Source: Desulfobulbus propionicus DSM 2032 (GTDB lineage: Bacteria; Desulfobacterota; Desulfobulbia; Desulfobulbales; Desulfobulbaceae). From it: a DNA stretch of 32,000 nucleotides. The position numbers and the translations under genes are program-made. The notes under the pieces are model-generated. The model had not been told where the DNA came from, ran no database searches, and saw only the letters and a program-made list of their open reading frames with translations. Each line of letters starts with the position of its first letter. The first letter of the stretch is position 1. The DNA lies in the NCBI RefSeq assembly GCF_000186885.1, contig NC_014972.1:3780001-3812000 (forward strand). Reading direction: 5' to 3'. This document shows, piece by piece, positions 29,549 to 32,000 of this stretch.

Positions 29549-29577
29549 AATGTATTTAATAATCATTCGCAAGTCAA
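29549..29577 (-). promoter_or_regulatory. Sigma-70-like promoter of the PerR-fusion gene
   Basis: Reverse strand: TTGACT (29577-29572), 17-nt spacer, TACATT (29554-29549), 27 nt upstream of the ATG at 29522. Confidence 0.65.
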
Positions 29578-29696
29578 GGGAAAAAGAAAGATCCATTGGC
29601 GGCAGTGAGGGAAAACGGGAAAACGGAGGGGAGAGAGGGATCGCGTCCATCGGGTTTGCCTTCCGCGGCAAACCCGATGGAGAGGGAAGGGGGACG

Positions 29697-30302
29697 CTAT
29701 TCGAGGATAAAGTCGTCGCGCCGGTTGTGGGCGTAATCGTCTTCGCTGCCACCGTTGAACAGCGGCCGCTCTTCTCCGTAGCTGACGGTGCGGATGCGGC
29801 TTTCCTCGATCCCGAATTCTATCAGATAGGTCTTGGCGCTCATGGCACGACGTTCACCCAAGGCCAGGTTGTATTCGTTGGTGCCCCGGTTGTCGGTGTT
29901 GCCCTCGATCAGCACCCGCGCCGAAGAATTGCTCTTCAGGTAGCCGCCGTTGTGTTCCATGCTTGGAATCTGATCGCTGCGAATGCCGGAATGGTCGTAG
30001 TCGAAGTAGATCGGGGTGAACTCGGGCGACGAACGGCCATGGGCGCGTTTGTAGGCATCGCTCTGCTGATCGGCGTCAGTGGCCAGGCTGCCGCTTCCGC
30101 CTCTGCCTGTGGAATCAAGCCCTTCCACTCCGGGGCCGGTCTCTTCGGTGATGTTGCCCATGCGATTGCCGCCCATGCTGTCATCGGAGCCGGCACCGGC
30201 GCCGCCCGCGTAAGGGGAGACCTGTTTCGGGCCACAACCGCCAGCGAGCAGAACCGTGCAAGCAAGAGCCGTGGCAAGGAAAAGACGGGAAAAGGTATGC
30301 AT
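29697..30302 (-). CDS. pal: OmpA/Pal-like peptidoglycan-associated lipoprotein
   Basis: MHTFSRLFLATALACTVLLAGGC (lipobox LAGGC), IYFDYDHSGIR, LIEGNTDNRGTNEYNLALGERRAMSAKTYLIEFGI, RIRTVSYGEERP. Confidence 0.85.
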   Translation of the reverse strand: MHTFSRLFLATALACTVLLAGGCGPKQVSPYAGGAGAGSDDSMGGNRMGNITEETGPGVEGLDSTGRGGSGSLATDADQQSDAYKRAHGRSSPEFTPIYFDYDHSGIRSDQIPSMEHNGGYLKSNSSARVLIEGNTDNRGTNEYNLALGERRAMSAKTYLIEFGIEESRIRTVSYGEERPLFNGGSEDDYAHNRRDDFILE

Positions 30303-30520
30303 AATCAACCTCGCGAAATAAAGAAGGAACAGGGGGAAACAAGTAGTCGATGTATACCTGCAACAGGAGGATAACGTCAAGAAAAACCTAGTTTTCCCCG
30401 GTTGTCTCGCGGTGGTCTCCCGCTCGACTCGCCACGGTGGCCGCACCTTTTTCTTGCTAGCCTTTTTCATGAATGGTAGATGGAGGAAACCGTTACCCAT
30501 GTCCCGCTGAGGAGGAACAG

Positions 30521-31255
30521 ATGATCCACAAACTATTCACCGCCCTGTTGCTGCTGGCCACCCTGTGCAGCCCGGTTGCCGCGGAAACCACCATTACCTT
30601 TGCCACCGACGCCACCTGGCCGCCGATGGAATTTGTCAACGATCAGAAACAGGTGGTGGGCTATGCCATCGAATTCATGACCGCCGCCGGCAAAGAAGCG
30701 GGCTTCACGCCGGTATTCAAGAACACCGCCTGGGACGGCATATTCGCCGGCTTGGCCGCCAAGAAGTACGATGCCATTGTCAGCTCGGTGTCGATCACCG
30801 AGGAACGGAAAAAGGCGATGGACTTCAGCGAGCCCTACTTCACCGTCCGTCAAGCCCTGATCGTGGGCAAGGCATCGACCGCCAAGAGCCTGGCCGACCT
30901 CAAGGGGCAGAAGGTGGGCGGCCAGATCGGCACCACCGGTTATTTCGCCATCAAGGCCGCCGCCGGGGTGGAAGCCAAATCCTACGACGAAGTCGGCCTG
31001 GCCATGGAGGATCTGAATGTCGGCCGCATTGCCGCGGTGGTCTGCGACGATCCGGTGGCCGCCAACTACGCCATGGACAAGTACAAGGACACCCTCAAGA
31101 TCGCCGCCATTATCGAGACCGGCGAAGCCGAGCATTACGGCGTGGCCGTCAACAAGGGCAATGCCGAAACCCTGGCCCTGATCAACAAGGGCATCGCCGC
31201 GGTCAAAGCCAAGGGCCTTGACCAAGAACTGAAGAAAAAATGGATCGGTCAATGA
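30521..31255 (+). CDS. Polar amino acid ABC transporter, periplasmic substrate-binding protein
   Basis: Signal peptide, ITFATDATWPPMEFVNDQKQVVGYAIEFM, SVSITEERKKAMDFSEPYF, strong GGAGG before ATG 30521. Confidence 0.93.
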   Translation: MIHKLFTALLLLATLCSPVAAETTITFATDATWPPMEFVNDQKQVVGYAIEFMTAAGKEAGFTPVFKNTAWDGIFAGLAAKKYDAIVSSVSITEERKKAMDFSEPYFTVRQALIVGKASTAKSLADLKGQKVGGQIGTTGYFAIKAAAGVEAKSYDEVGLAMEDLNVGRIAAVVCDDPVAANYAMDKYKDTLKIAAIIETGEAEHYGVAVNKGNAETLALINKGIAAVKAKGLDQELKKKWIGQ

Positions 31256-31278
31256 CCGATCCTTACGCTTGACCATTT

Positions 31279-31305
31279 GCCGGGCCTTTGTGCCCGGCTT
31301 TTTTT
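31279..31305 (+). terminator. Intrinsic terminator between substrate-binding protein and permease genes
   Basis: GCCGGGC-ctttgt-GCCCGGC followed by seven Ts and AT. Confidence 0.85.
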
Positions 31306-31331
31306 ATCCAACCGTGACGAATCGGCTCACC

Positions 31332-32000
31332 ATGTCTGAACCTGAAATCACCAAAATCGAAGTCGGCGACGGTGCCGCCATTCCCCGGCCGGAAGACAAG
31401 GGGTTGGTTTCCGCCTGGTGGATCGCCCTGTTTGGGGCCATAACCCTGCTTGTCCTCTTGCCGTGGATGAAGCCGGATCCTTACCTCAACATCCTCCGTT
31501 TCGTGCCCGACGGCATCCTGATCACCTTCGAGGTCACGGTGCTGTCGATCACGCTTGCCATCGTCATCGGCTTATTGACCGGCCTGGGCCGACTGTCGCG
31601 CAACCGGGTGATCAACCTGATCGCCTCGCTGTATGTCGAGGTGGTGCGCGGCATCCCGCTGCTGGTGCAGCTGTTCTACATCTACTACGCCCTGGGCCGT
31701 TTTGTCCGCGTTCCGGACATGGTGGCGGCGGTAATCGCCATGGCCTTCTGTTACGGGGCCTACATGGGCGAGGTCTTTCGCGCTGGCATTAAATCGATTG
31801 ATTTCGGGCAGACCGAGGCGGCCTTGTCGCTTGGCTTCAACCACCGCCAAACCATGGCCTACGTCATCCTTCCCCAGGCCTGGCGGACCATCCTGCCGCC
31901 GGTGGGCAACGAGTTCATCGCCCTGCTGAAGGACACATCGCTGGTCTCGATTCTGGCGGTGGCCGATATTCTGCGACGCGGGCGGGAATACGCCTCGGAG
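31332..32000 (+). CDS. Polar amino acid ABC transporter permease (truncated by window edge)
   Basis: Open to the edge: MSEPEITKIEVGDG...WWIALFGAITLLVLLPW..., VEVVRGIPLLVQLFYIYYALG, GAYMGEVFRAGIKSIDFGQTEAALSLGF. Missing from the ORF track because it has no stop. Confidence 0.93.
   Translation, partial: MSEPEITKIEVGDGAAIPRPEDKGLVSAWWIALFGAITLLVLLPWMKPDPYLNILRFVPDGILITFEVTVLSITLAIVIGLLTGLGRLSRNRVINLIASLYVEVVRGIPLLVQLFYIYYALGRFVRVPDMVAAVIAMAFCYGAYMGEVFRAGIKSIDFGQTEAALSLGFNHRQTMAYVILPQAWRTILPPVGNEFIALLKDTSLVSILAVADILRRGREYASE

Noticed and set aside
1-32000. CRISPR array, transposon or prophage
   Set aside because: No regularly spaced direct repeats, transposase/integrase or phage structural genes were recognised by reading. 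A computed repeat search was not possible and would be needed to exclude short repeats.

Overview
This 32 kb window looks like an ordinary chromosomal segment of a GC-rich, probably anaerobic sulfate-reducing-type (Desulfobulbaceae-like) bacterium. The taxonomic guess is inference from gene content only. From left to right it carries: a small-protein trio (tentatively DsrE/sulfur-relay-like); a class-C beta-lactamase-like serine hydrolase; dnaN-gyrB-gyrA-gpsA; a rubredoxin-like/membrane fusion next to rubrerythrin; carB; a hotdog thioesterase; a cobalamin riboswitch upstream of cobT; a minus-strand nifA-like/queH/rdgB run; two tRNA-Ser genes; an HD-GYP response regulator; gatC-gatA-hisC-cmk; a six-gene oxygen-defence cluster; a Pal-like lipoprotein; and the start of an amino-acid ABC transporter. 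The rubredoxin in the defence cluster (52 aa) is absent from the supplied ORF track. I found no CRISPR array, transposase, phage genes or toxin-antitoxin/defence island. The most interesting items are: (1) an in-frame PerR/Fur plus Cys-rich winged-helix fusion with an internal Shine-Dalgarno and start, leading the peroxiredoxin/superoxide reductase/rubredoxin/DsrE/ROO cluster; (2) a possible riboswitch expression platform with competing hairpins and an unlisted 50-aa ORF between the B12 riboswitch and cobT; (3) the rubredoxin-like plus membrane-domain fusion; (4) several perfect 3'-end hairpins that lack U-tracts; (5) an inverted repeat in the AT-rich gap before dnaN. None of these is proven to be a new system.
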